Position numbers and translations under genes: made by a program
Assembly: GCF_046105845.1 (NCBI RefSeq)
Contig: NZ_CP151004.1
Direction: 5' to 3' (one strand)
From: Escherichia coli
GTDB lineage: Bacteria > Pseudomonadota > Gammaproteobacteria > Enterobacterales > Enterobacteriaceae
Length of the DNA: 64,000 nucleotides
The notes under the pieces: model-generated
Database searches by the model: none
Seen by the model: only the letters and a program-made list of their open reading frames with translations
What the model was told of the DNA's origin: nothing
In this document: positions 48,455 through 57,688 of the stretch, one piece after another
How positions within the stretch are numbered: position 1 is the stretch's first letter
Layout of the letters: every line of letters starts with the position of its first letter

Positions 48455-48754
48455 TATGCCGCCCCAAAGGGCGGCATTCGGGCTTACCTGCTGTTCTGAA
48501 GGTTGTTAACCACCAATAAATTGTTGCCGGAGAGATTCCGGTTATTATTTACCTCGGTTAACAGCGCACCAGAAACAATAAGTACGATACAAAAGCACCG
48601 TATCTTCATTGTGCGGTCCATGCGAAGACCGCATCACGACAGCACCACTGGCGATATTGCCGCGATAGCAAGCGCTGAGACGCGCGTGCCCTAACGGTCG
48701 CGGAACATCCTTTCCTTAAGCCAGCGCCCGCTTGCGAGACGGCGGAAAGGTCCG
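48455..48754 (-). ncRNA. ryfA: ryfA-like transcript (about 300 nt) carrying a small hydrophobic ORF; boundaries inferred
   Basis: On the minus strand there is a -10-like TATTAT at 48766-48761 and a terminator hairpin gccgccc-tttg-gggcggc followed by atatttt ending near 48455; length and location between sseB and sseA fit what I recall of RyfA. Confidence 0.5.
48484..48609 (-). CDS. Small hydrophobic protein (41 aa; TimP-like candidate type I toxin) within the ryfA-like transcript
   Basis: Minus-strand ORF MKIRCFCIVLIVSGALLTEVNNNRNLSGNNLLVVNNLQNSR then TAA; hydrophobic N-terminal helix; in-frame alternative ATG four codons upstream (48621, giving MDRTMKIR...); below the ORF-track length cutoff. 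Confidence 0.45.
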   Translation of the reverse strand: MKIRCFCIVLIVSGALLTEVNNNRNLSGNNLLVVNNLQNSR

Positions 48755-48797
48755 CAGTGGATAATACACTAACAGAACAATAATAACTCTCTTTTGC

Positions 48798-48826
48798 TTG
48801 ACAAAAAGAGGGTTACTGGCGAGTAT
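48798..48826 (+). promoter_or_regulatory. Sigma70-like promoter of sRNA-like unit A
   Basis: TTGACA (48798-48803), 17-bp spacer, GAGTAT (48821-48826); the same architecture is repeated 276 bp downstream. Confidence 0.4.
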
Positions 48827-48832
48827 TGTCTC

Positions 48833-48930
48833 CGCTGAGACGCGCTTGCATTACTACGGTAATACAACCTGCTGGAAAGGCCGCGAACCGGACCAGCAAC
48901 AAAAAACCGCCTGATTTTGGCGGTTTTTTG
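48833..48930 (+). ncRNA. Candidate sRNA, unit A (putative antitoxin RNA pairing with the ryfA-like mRNA)
   Basis: Predicted 5' end about 48833; ends at terminator aaaaaaccgcc-tgatttt-ggcggtttttt (48901-48929); its first 13 nt (CGCUGAGACGCGC) are perfectly complementary to the minus-strand transcript at 48673-48685. Confidence 0.45.
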
Positions 48931-49073
48931 TTGTTTAAAGAAAATGAAATTACACGTTTAAGTAATATCTTTTACCAGTTAGTATATTTTAATATTAAGC
49001 GGGATTTTTTTATATTTGTCTGAATTCGGACTGATAAGCCAAATGAATTCAAAATCTATCCTTTTTTATCTAC

Positions 49074-49102
49074 TTGACATCGTTGATGCATAAAGCGAGT
49101 AT
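49074..49102 (+). promoter_or_regulatory. Sigma70-like promoter of sRNA-like unit B
   Basis: TTGACA (49074-49079), 17-bp spacer, GAGTAT (49097-49102); paralogous to the unit A promoter. Confidence 0.4.
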
Positions 49103-49108
49103 TGAGTA

Positions 49109-49197
49109 GACGAGATACACTTGCAGTAATACAACCTGCTGGAAAGGCCGCGAACCAGACCAGCAATAAAAAAACCGCCAAATTCGGCGGTTTTTTT
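49109..49197 (+). ncRNA. Candidate sRNA, unit B (tandem paralog of unit A with a diverged 5' region)
   Basis: The body gtaatacaacctgctggaaaggccgcgaacc-gaccagcaa is nearly identical to unit A; terminator aaaaaaaccgcc-aaattc-ggcggttttttt (49165-49197) has a different loop but a conserved stem; this terminator is also positioned to serve the convergent sseA. Confidence 0.4.
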
Positions 49198-49213
49198 ATT
49201 GCCTGTAAAAAGC

Positions 49214-50059
49214 TTATTTCAATGGCTCAACCGGTAAATCTGCCCGTGCGCCCCATTCACTCCATGCGCCGTCGTACAGTTTCACGTTTGGCACATCCAG
49301 CGTCGCGAGTGCCAACAAAACCACGGCTGCCGTTACACCAGAGCCGCAGCTGACGATAATCGGTTTGTCATAGCTGACGCCGCGACCAAAAAATATCGCA
49401 TCCAGTTCATCGGTCGTTTTTAGTTCGCCTTCGCGCACCAGTTCCGTCCACGGAACGTTCAATGCACCGGGAATATGTCCGCGACGTAAACCTGGGCGAG
49501 GTTCATCAACTTCTGCGTTAAAACGTGCAGCCGGGCGGGCATCAATAATTTGCGCCGTATTTTCATGGCTTGCCAATAACACATCGGTGACTTTCACCAC
49601 GGCTTCAGGATTAAACGTGGCGTTAAACTCTCCTTCCGGCAGCTCTACTGCCCCTTCTTCTAACAGCAGATCATCACGCTGCCAGCCTGCAAGTCCACCC
49701 CCCAGAATCGACACTTTCTCTACACCAAAGGTGCGCAGCATCCACCATGCTCGTGGGGCTGAGAATAGATTACCTTCGTCATAGATAATCAGGTGCTTAT
49801 CCTGGTTAACGCCTAATTCACGCATCGCCACGGCGAACGTTTCCGGGCGCGGCAGCATGTGCGGAAGCGGGGAAGTGTGATCAGAAAGCGCTTCGATATC
49901 AAAAAATACTGCGCCGGGAATATGTCCATTCAGATACTCCTGAGCAACGTTACGATCTTCCTGTCCAGGCGACGCCATGCGGGCATCGATAATCTGAATT
50001 TCCGGGTCATCAATATGTTCGGCGAGCCAGTCGGCTCCTACAAACCATGTCGTGGACAT
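49214..50059 (-). CDS. sseA: 3-mercaptopyruvate sulfurtransferase (tandem rhodanese domains)
   Basis: MSTTWFVGADWLAEHIDDPEIQIIDARMASPGQEDRNVAQEYLNGHIPGAVFFD... (281 aa); active-site context SCGSGVTA; start at the internal ATG 50059, not the 334-aa ORF-track start. Confidence 0.9.
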   Translation of the reverse strand: MSTTWFVGADWLAEHIDDPEIQIIDARMASPGQEDRNVAQEYLNGHIPGAVFFDIEALSDHTSPLPHMLPRPETFAVAMRELGVNQDKHLIIYDEGNLFSAPRAWWMLRTFGVEKVSILGGGLAGWQRDDLLLEEGAVELPEGEFNATFNPEAVVKVTDVLLASHENTAQIIDARPAARFNAEVDEPRPGLRRGHIPGALNVPWTELVREGELKTTDELDAIFFGRGVSYDKPIIVSCGSGVTAAVVLLALATLDVPNVKLYDGAWSEWGARADLPVEPLK

Positions 50060-50265
50060 AGGCATCTCCATTTTTGCCGGGGTTAGGCTAAATTGTCGGA
50101 TGTTTAGTGAAAGGCGACAAGCAAAAGAGGCTGATTTGGCTGTCTGAGCCACAATTCTCACTAAAATTCGGATTGTATGGGCGTGATACTGAATTACATA
50201 ACGTAAATTCTCACGCATAATAATTATTCGACGTTGCTAACGGGCCATTGTGGCAGGGATGAAAA

Positions 50266-53200
50266 ATGAAAAAGTTACGCGTAGCCGCCTGCATACTAAT
50301 GCTGGCGCTGGCAGGGTGCGACAACAACGATAACGCGCCAACAGCGGTGAAAAAAGATGCGCCTTCTGAAGTTACTAAAGCGGCCTCTTCAGAAAACGTG
50401 AGTTCAGCAAAACTTTCCGCGCCGGAGCGACAAAAACTGGCCCAACAGAGTGCCGGTAAGGCGCTGACATTGCTGGATCTCTCTGAAGTTCAACTTGATG
50501 GCGCAGCCACGCTGGTGCTGACGTTCTCCATTCCTCTCGACCCGGATCAGGATTTCTCACGCGTTATCCATGTCGTCGATAAGAAAATCGGCAAAGTGGA
50601 TGGTGCCTGGGAGCTGTCAGATAATCTTAAAGAGTTGCGTTTACGCCACCTCGAACCGAAACGTGATTTGATCGTCACTATTGGCAAGGAGGTCAAAGCA
50701 CTCAACAACGCAACCTTCAGTAAAGATTACGAAAAAACTATAACTACCCGCGATATCCAACCCAGCGTAGGTTTTGCCAGCCGTGGCTCGTTGTTACCTG
50801 GTAAAGTTATTGAAGGGCTGCCGGTAATGGCGCTCAACGTTAACAATGTCGATGTTAACTTCTTCCGTGTGAAGCCCGAATCTCTGCCTGCATTCATTAG
50901 CCAATGGGAATACCGCAATTCGCTGGCGAACTGGCAGTCTGACAAACTGCTGCAGATGGCGGATCTGGTCTACACCGGACGGTTTGATCTCAATCCTGCG
51001 CGTAACACCCGTGAAAAATTATTGCTGCCGCTGGGCGATATCAAACCGCTTCAGCAGGCAGGCGTGTATCTGGCTGTGATGAATCAGGCTGGACGTTACG
51101 ATTACAGTAATCCCGCGACGCTGTTTACGTTAAGTGATATCGGCGTTTCAGCTCACCGTTATCACAATCGTCTGGATATCTTTACCCAAAGTCTGGAAAA
51201 CGGCGCGGCCCAGCAAGGAATAGAAGTCTCTTTATTAAATGAGAAAGGGCAGACTCTGACTCAGGCAACCAGTGATGCTCAGGGGCATGTGCAGCTGGAA
51301 AATGATAAAAATGCGGCATTACTGCTGGCGCGTAAAGACGGTCAGACAACGCTACTCGATTTAAAACTTCCGGCGCTGGACTTAGCAGAATTTAACATTG
51401 CTGGCGCGCCAGGCTATAGCAAACAGTTTTTCATGTTTGGCCCGCGCGATCTTTATCGCCCAGGTGAAACAGTCATCCTCAATGGTTTATTGCGTGATGC
51501 AGATGGTAAAGCATTGCCCGATCAACCCATCAAGTTAGACGTGATTAAACCCGACGGGCAGGTACTCAGGAGCGTCGTTAGTCAGCCGGAGAATGGCCTC
51601 TACCACTTTACCTGGCCACTCGATAGCAATGCGGCAACCGGTATGTGGCATATTCGCGCTAACACGGGCGATAACCAGTATCGGATGTGGGATTTCCACG
51701 TCGAAGATTTTATGCCAGAGCGCATGGCGCTGAATCTGACCGGTGAGAAAACCCCGCTAACGCCGAAAGATGAAGTGAAATTCTCCGTGGTGGGGTACTA
51801 CCTGTATGGTGCACCTGCTAATGGTAATACTTTGCAAGGGCAACTTTTCCTGCGCCCACTGCGTGAAGCTGTGTCAGCCTTACCTGGTTTTCAATTCGGC
51901 GATATAGCTGCCGAAAATCTTTCCCGCACGCTGGATGAAGTTCAGTTGACGCTGGATGATAAAGGGCGTGGCGAAGTTTCTACAGAAACCCAGTGGAAGG
52001 AAACGCATTCCCCATTACAGGTTATTTTCCAGGGTAGTTTGCTGGAATCGGGCGGTCGCCCGGTGACGCGCCGCGCTGAGCAGGCTATCTGGCCTGCCGA
52101 TGCATTGCCGGGGATCCGTCCGCAGTTCGCCTCGAAATCGGTTTACGATTATCGCACTGACAGCACGGTGAAACAGCCCATTGTTGATGAAGGCAGTAAC
52201 GCCGCTTTTGACATCGTTTATAGCGATGCGCAAGGCGTAAAAAAAGCCGTGTCGGGCTTGCAGGTGCGCCTGATTCGCGAACGCCGCGATTACTACTGGA
52301 ACTGGTCAGAAGATGAAGGCTGGCAGTCACAGTTTGATCAAAAAGATCTGATTGAAAATGAACAAACTCTGGATCTTCAGGCGGATGAAACCGGTAAGGT
52401 CAGTTTCCCGGTAGAGTGGGGCGCTTATCGTCTGGAAGTCAAAGCGCCGAATGAAGCGGTCAGTAGTGTGCGTTTCTGGGCTGGCTATAGCTGGCAGGAC
52501 AACAGCGACGGGAGCGGTGCCGTGCGACCTGACCGTGTCACGCTGAAACTGGATAAAGCCAGTTATCGCCCTGGCGATACCATTAAGTTGCATATTGCCG
52601 CGCCAACGGCGGGTAAAGGTTATGCGATGGTCGAGTCCAGTGAAGGGCCGCTGTGGTGGCAAGAGATTGATGTTCCGGCTCAAGGGCTGGATCTGACGAT
52701 TCCGGTCGATAAAACCTGGAATCGTCATGATCTGTATTTAAGTACGCTGGTGGTACGTCCTGGCGATAAATCTCGCTCCGCGACGCCAAAACGTGCGGTT
52801 GGGGTGTTGCATCTGCCGCTTGGTGATGAAAACCGTCGCCTCGATCTGGCGCTGGAAACCCCCACCAAAATGCGCCCCAATCAGCCATTAACCGTGAAAA
52901 TTAAAGCCAGCAATAAAAACGGTGAGATGCCAAAACAGGTGAATGTGCTGGTGTCTGCCGTTGATAGCGGTGTGCTGAATATTACTGATTACGTTACCCC
53001 CGATCCGTGGCAGGCGTTCTTTGGTCAGAAACGCTATGGTGCAGACATTTACGATATTTACGGTCAGGTCATTGAAGGTCAGGGGCGTCTGGCAGCTCTG
53101 CGTTTTGGTGGCGATGGTGATGAGCTGAAACGTGGTGGTAAACCGCCGGTCAATCACGTCAATATTGTCGCGCAGCAGGCGCTGCCGGTAACGCTCAACG

Positions 53201-55227
53201 AACAGGGTGAAGGCTCGGTTACACTGCCGATTGGCGATTTTAACGGTGAATTGCGCGTCATGGCGCAAGCCTGGACGGCAGATGACTTCGGTAGCAACGA
53301 AAGGAAAGTGATAGTTGCCGCACCGGTGATTGCTGAACTGAACATGCCGCGTTTTATGGCGAGTGGCGATACCTCGCGCCTGACGCTGGATATCACTAAT
53401 CTTACCGATAAACCGCAAAAACTAAACGTTGCCCTGACCGCCAGTGGTTTGCTTGAACTGGTCAGCGATTCACCCGCAGCCGTTGAATTAGCGCCAGGCG
53501 TACGTACTACGCTGTTTATCCCGGTGCGAGCATTGCAAGGTTATGGCGATGGAGAAATTCAGGCCTCCATTAGTGGGTTAGCGTTACCAGGTGAAACCGT
53601 TGCCGACCAGCATAAGCAGTGGAAAATCGGCGTCCGTCCAGCGTTCCCGGCACAAACGGTTAATTACGGTACGGCGTTGCAGCCTGGTGAAACCTGGGCG
53701 CTCCCGGCGGATGGATTGCAAAACTTCTCGCCTGTTACGCTGCAAGGTCAGCTATTGTTGAGCGGCAAACCACCGCTGAACATCGCACGTTATATCAAAG
53801 AGTTAAAAGCGTATCCGTACGGCTGTCTCGAGCAAACCGCCAGCGGCCTGTTCCCGTCACTTTATACCAACGCAGCCCAACTGCAGTCGTTGGGCATCAA
53901 AGGCGACAGTGATGAGAAACGCCGTGCATCGGTCGATATCGGTATTTCCCGTTTGCTGCAAATGCAACGTGATAACGGCGGCTTTGCGCTGTGGGATAAA
54001 AACGGTGACGAAGAGTACTGGCTGACGGCTTACGTGATGGATTTCCTGGTCCGCGCAGGCGAACAGGGTTACAGCGTGCCGACAGACGCCATTAACCGGG
54101 GTAATGAGCGTCTGCTGCGCTATTTACAAGATCCGGGCATGATGTCGATCCCGTACGCGGATAATCTCAAAGCCAGTAAATTCGCCGTACAGTCTTACGC
54201 TGCGCTGGTGTTGGCCCGTCAGCAAAAGGCACCGCTGGGTGCGCTGCGTGAAATCTGGGAGCATCGTGCAGATGCCGCTTCTGGTTTACCGCTGCTGCAA
54301 CTTGGCGTTGCGCTGAAAACCATGGGTGATGCGACGCGTGGTGAAGAAGCAATTGCGTTGGCGCTGAAAACGCCGCGTAATAGTGATGAGCGGATATGGC
54401 TGGGTGATTACGGTAGTCCACTGCGCGACAACGCGTTGATGCTCTCCTTGCTGGAAGAAAATAAACTGCTACCCGATGAGCAGAACACTTTGCTGAACAC
54501 GCTTTCGCAGCAGGCATTTGGTGAACGCTGGCTATCGACCCAGGAAAGTAACGCGTTGTTCCTGGCTGCCCGTACGGTTCAGGATTTACCCGGTAAATGG
54601 CAGGCGCAAACCTCTTTCTCAGCTGAGCCGCTGACAGGCGAGAAAGCGCAAAACAGTAATCTGAATAGCGATCAACTTGCTACCTTACAGGTGACCAACA
54701 GTGGCGATCAGCCGTTATGGCTGCGTGTGGATGCCAGCGGTTATCCTCAATCCGCACCTTTACCGGCGAACAATGTGCTGCAAATCGAGCGTCATATTCT
54801 TGGTACTGATGGTAAGAGCAAATCGCTGGACTCGTTACGTAGCGGCGATCTGGTGCTGGTCTGGTTGCAGGTAAAAGCCAGTAACAGCGTGCCGGATGCG
54901 TTAGTCGTGGATCTGCTGCCTGCGGGTCTGGAACTGGAAAACCAGAATCTGGCGAACGGTAGCGCCAGCCTGGAGCAAAGTTGTGGCGAAGTGCAGAACT
55001 TACTGAACCAGATGCAGCAGGCGAGTATTAAGCACATTGAGTTCCGTGACGATCGCTTTGTGGCGGCGGTTGCCGTTGATGAATACCAACCGGTAACGCT
55101 GGTGTATCTGGCGCGGGCGGTGACGCCGGGAACGTATCAGGTGCCGCAGCCTATGGTGGAATCGATGTATGTTCCCCAATGGCGGGCGACCGGCGCGGCT
55201 GAAGATTTGCTGATTGTCAGACCGTAA
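50266..55227 (+). CDS. yfhM: Alpha-2-macroglobulin family lipoprotein
   Basis: 1653 aa; lipoprotein signal MKKLRVAACILMLALAGCDNN (lipobox LAGC); thioester motif CLEQ present (AYPYGCLEQTASG); immediately followed by pbpC. Confidence 0.93.
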   Translation: MKKLRVAACILMLALAGCDNNDNAPTAVKKDAPSEVTKAASSENVSSAKLSAPERQKLAQQSAGKALTLLDLSEVQLDGAATLVLTFSIPLDPDQDFSRVIHVVDKKIGKVDGAWELSDNLKELRLRHLEPKRDLIVTIGKEVKALNNATFSKDYEKTITTRDIQPSVGFASRGSLLPGKVIEGLPVMALNVNNVDVNFFRVKPESLPAFISQWEYRNSLANWQSDKLLQMADLVYTGRFDLNPARNTREKLLLPLGDIKPLQQAGVYLAVMNQAGRYDYSNPATLFTLSDIGVSAHRYHNRLDIFTQSLENGAAQQGIEVSLLNEKGQTLTQATSDAQGHVQLENDKNAALLLARKDGQTTLLDLKLPALDLAEFNIAGAPGYSKQFFMFGPRDLYRPGETVILNGLLRDADGKALPDQPIKLDVIKPDGQVLRSVVSQPENGLYHFTWPLDSNAATGMWHIRANTGDNQYRMWDFHVEDFMPERMALNLTGEKTPLTPKDEVKFSVVGYYLYGAPANGNTLQGQLFLRPLREAVSALPGFQFGDIAAENLSRTLDEVQLTLDDKGRGEVSTETQWKETHSPLQVIFQGSLLESGGRPVTRRAEQAIWPADALPGIRPQFASKSVYDYRTDSTVKQPIVDEGSNAAFDIVYSDAQGVKKAVSGLQVRLIRERRDYYWNWSEDEGWQSQFDQKDLIENEQTLDLQADETGKVSFPVEWGAYRLEVKAPNEAVSSVRFWAGYSWQDNSDGSGAVRPDRVTLKLDKASYRPGDTIKLHIAAPTAGKGYAMVESSEGPLWWQEIDVPAQGLDLTIPVDKTWNRHDLYLSTLVVRPGDKSRSATPKRAVGVLHLPLGDENRRLDLALETPTKMRPNQPLTVKIKASNKNGEMPKQVNVLVSAVDSGVLNITDYVTPDPWQAFFGQKRYGADIYDIYGQVIEGQGRLAALRFGGDGDELKRGGKPPVNHVNIVAQQALPVTLNEQGEGSVTLPIGDFNGELRVMAQAWTADDFGSNERKVIVAAPVIAELNMPRFMASGDTSRLTLDITNLTDKPQKLNVALTASGLLELVSDSPAAVELAPGVRTTLFIPVRALQGYGDGEIQASISGLALPGETVADQHKQWKIGVRPAFPAQTVNYGTALQPGETWALPADGLQNFSPVTLQGQLLLSGKPPLNIARYIKELKAYPYGCLEQTASGLFPSLYTNAAQLQSLGIKGDSDEKRRASVDIGISRLLQMQRDNGGFALWDKNGDEEYWLTAYVMDFLVRAGEQGYSVPTDAINRGNERLLRYLQDPGMMSIPYADNLKASKFAVQSYAALVLARQQKAPLGALREIWEHRADAASGLPLLQLGVALKTMGDATRGEEAIALALKTPRNSDERIWLGDYGSPLRDNALMLSLLEENKLLPDEQNTLLNTLSQQAFGERWLSTQESNALFLAARTVQDLPGKWQAQTSFSAEPLTGEKAQNSNLNSDQLATLQVTNSGDQPLWLRVDASGYPQSAPLPANNVLQIERHILGTDGKSKSLDSLRSGDLVLVWLQVKASNSVPDALVVDLLPAGLELENQNLANGSASLEQSCGEVQNLLNQMQQASIKHIEFRDDRFVAAVAVDEYQPVTLVYLARAVTPGTYQVPQPMVESMYVPQWRATGAAEDLLIVRP

Positions 55228-57540
55228 ATGCCTCGCCAGTTAACAAAACGCGGCTGCTGGATAATGCTGGCAGCTGCGCCCTTTCTCCTTTTTCTTGCAG
55301 CGTGGGGAGCTGATAAACTCTGGCCTCTACCGCTGCATGAAGTCAATCCCGCACGCGTGGTTGTGGCTCAGGATGGGACGCCGCTCTGGCGCTTTGCCGA
55401 TGCGGACGGCATCTGGCGTTATCCGGTAACAATCGAAGATGTTTCTCCACGTTACCTTGAAGCGCTGATCAATTATGAAGATCGCTGGTTCTGGAAGCAT
55501 CCGGGGGTGAATCCATTCTCGGTGGCGCGCGCAGCATGGCAAGATCTCACTTCGGGAAGAGTTATTTCCGGTGGCAGCACGCTCACTATGCAGGTTGCTC
55601 GTCTGCTTGATCCTCACCCCAAAACATTTGGCGGCAAAATTCGCCAGCTCTGGCGCGCGTTGCAACTGGAGTGGCATCTGTCTAAGCGTGAAATTCTGAC
55701 CTTGTATCTTAACCGCGCTCCGTTTGGCGGTACGTTGCAGGGGATCGGTGCGGCAAGTTGGGCTTATCTCGGAAAATCGCCTGCGAATTTAAGCTATTCC
55801 GAGGCGGCAATGCTGGCGGTGTTGCCGCAAGCGCCCAGCCGACTACGCCCGGATCGCTGGCCGGAACGTGCCGAAGCCGCGCGTAATAAAGTTCTCGAAC
55901 GGATGGCCGTGCAAGGTGTGTGGTCCCGTGAGCAGGTAAAAGAGTCAAGGGAAGAACCCATCTGGCTGGCACCCCGACAAATGCCGCAATTGGCACCGCT
56001 GTTTTCGCGCATGATGCTCGGTAAAAGCAAAAGCGACAAAATCGTTACTACGCTGGATGCCGGTCTTCAACGACGTCTGGAAGAACTGGCGCAAAACTGG
56101 AAAGGACGATTACCACCGCGCAGCTCACTGGCGATGATCGTGGTTGATCATACCGATATGCGTGTTCGCGGCTGGGTGGGTTCGGTTGATCTCAACGATG
56201 ATTCACGCTTTGGTCATGTTGATATGGTCAATGCGATCCGATCGCCAGGATCGGTGCTCAAACCATTTGTTTATGGTCTGGCGCTGGATGAAGGCTTGAT
56301 CCACCCGGCATCACTGCTGCAAGACGTTCCCCGGCGCACCGGTGATTATCGACCAGGTAACTTTGATAGCGGTTTTCATGGCCCGATCAGCATGAGCGAG
56401 GCGCTGGTGCGCTCGCTGAATTTACCTGCTGTGCAGGTGCTGGAAGCCTATGGACCGAAACGGTTTGCGGCAAAATTACGCAATGTTGGATTGCCGTTGT
56501 ATCTGCCCAACGGCGCTGCGCCGAATCTTTCGCTCATTCTCGGCGGCGCTGGTGCAAAACTGGAAGATATGGCGGCAGCGTATACCGCGTTTGCTCGCCA
56601 CGGCAAGGCAGGCAAATTGCGCTTACAGCCGGGCGATCCGCTGCTTGAACGGCCTTTAATGTCGTCGGGGGCTGCGTGGATCATTCGCCGGATTATGGCT
56701 GATGAAGCGCAACCCTTGCCGGATGGTGCCTTGCCGCGCGTCGCCCCACTGGCATGGAAAACGGGCACCAGCTATGGCTATCGTGATGCCTGGGCGATTG
56801 GGGTTAACGCTCGCTATGTCATTGGGATCTGGACTGGCAGACCGGACGGCACGCCCGTTGTTGGTCAGTTTGGCTTTGCCAGCGCCGTACCATTGTTGAA
56901 TCAGGTTAATAATATCTTACTGTCGCGCAGTGCGAATCTGCCGGAAGACCCACGTCCTGACTCTGTAAGTCGTGGCGTTATCTGCTGGCCGGGCGGACAG
57001 TCTTTGCCGGAAGGTGACGGTAACTGCCGCCGCCGCCTGGCAACCTGGCTGCTGGACGGGAGTCAGCCGCCAACTCTATTACTGCCGGAGCAGGAAGGCA
57101 TTAATGGCATTCGTTTCCCCATCTGGCTGGATGAAAACGGCAAACGTGTTGCCGCTGATTGCCCTCAGGCGCGACAAGAAATGATAAATGTCTGGCCGCT
57201 ACCGCTGGAACCCTGGTTGCCCGCATCAGAACGCCGCGCTGTGCGCTTACCACCGGCCTCGACAATTTGCCCGCCATACGGTCACGATGCACAACTCCCG
57301 CTGCAGCTGACAGGCGTGCGCGATGGCGCGATTATTAAACGCTTACCGGGTGCAGCGGAAGCGACTTTGCCGTTGCAATCAAGTGGAGGGGCAGGTGAAC
57401 GCTGGTGGTTTCTGAATGGCGAACCGTTAACTGAACGCGGGCGCAACGTGACCCTGCATTTGATGGATAAAGGCGATTATCAATTGCTGGTGATGGATGA
57501 GGTGGGGCAAATCGCGACAGTGAAATTTGTCATGCAATAG
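55228..57540 (+). CDS. pbpC: Penicillin-binding protein 1C (class A, transglycosylase plus transpeptidase)
   Basis: 770 aa; N-terminal membrane anchor MPRQLTKRGCWIMLAAAPFLLFLAA; glycosyltransferase-family-51 motifs; transpeptidase-like C-domain; ATG directly abuts the yfhM stop. Confidence 0.93.
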   Translation: MPRQLTKRGCWIMLAAAPFLLFLAAWGADKLWPLPLHEVNPARVVVAQDGTPLWRFADADGIWRYPVTIEDVSPRYLEALINYEDRWFWKHPGVNPFSVARAAWQDLTSGRVISGGSTLTMQVARLLDPHPKTFGGKIRQLWRALQLEWHLSKREILTLYLNRAPFGGTLQGIGAASWAYLGKSPANLSYSEAAMLAVLPQAPSRLRPDRWPERAEAARNKVLERMAVQGVWSREQVKESREEPIWLAPRQMPQLAPLFSRMMLGKSKSDKIVTTLDAGLQRRLEELAQNWKGRLPPRSSLAMIVVDHTDMRVRGWVGSVDLNDDSRFGHVDMVNAIRSPGSVLKPFVYGLALDEGLIHPASLLQDVPRRTGDYRPGNFDSGFHGPISMSEALVRSLNLPAVQVLEAYGPKRFAAKLRNVGLPLYLPNGAAPNLSLILGGAGAKLEDMAAAYTAFARHGKAGKLRLQPGDPLLERPLMSSGAAWIIRRIMADEAQPLPDGALPRVAPLAWKTGTSYGYRDAWAIGVNARYVIGIWTGRPDGTPVVGQFGFASAVPLLNQVNNILLSRSANLPEDPRPDSVSRGVICWPGGQSLPEGDGNCRRRLATWLLDGSQPPTLLLPEQEGINGIRFPIWLDENGKRVAADCPQARQEMINVWPLPLEPWLPASERRAVRLPPASTICPPYGHDAQLPLQLTGVRDGAIIKRLPGAAEATLPLQSSGGAGERWWFLNGEPLTERGRNVTLHLMDKGDYQLLVMDEVGQIATVKFVMQ

Positions 57541-57688
57541 TCTGTTTTGTCCCTGATTGTTGCTTAAACTAGGTTTATTTTAAAAAAATGTTACCTTCAT
57601 CAATAGTCAACGGCCCTGTTGCTCATTATAATCCGCGCCATCTCGTACGCTGGTACAGACAACAACAGAACAATTTACAGAGGTAAAA

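Noticed and set aside
48503-48694. Plus-strand 63-aa ORF (MLTTNKLLPERFRLLF...) in the sseB-sseA spacer
   Set aside because: It lies antisense to the better-supported minus-strand ryfA-like transcript and its small hydrophobic ORF, has no ribosome-binding site, and is not hydrophobic or otherwise protein-like.
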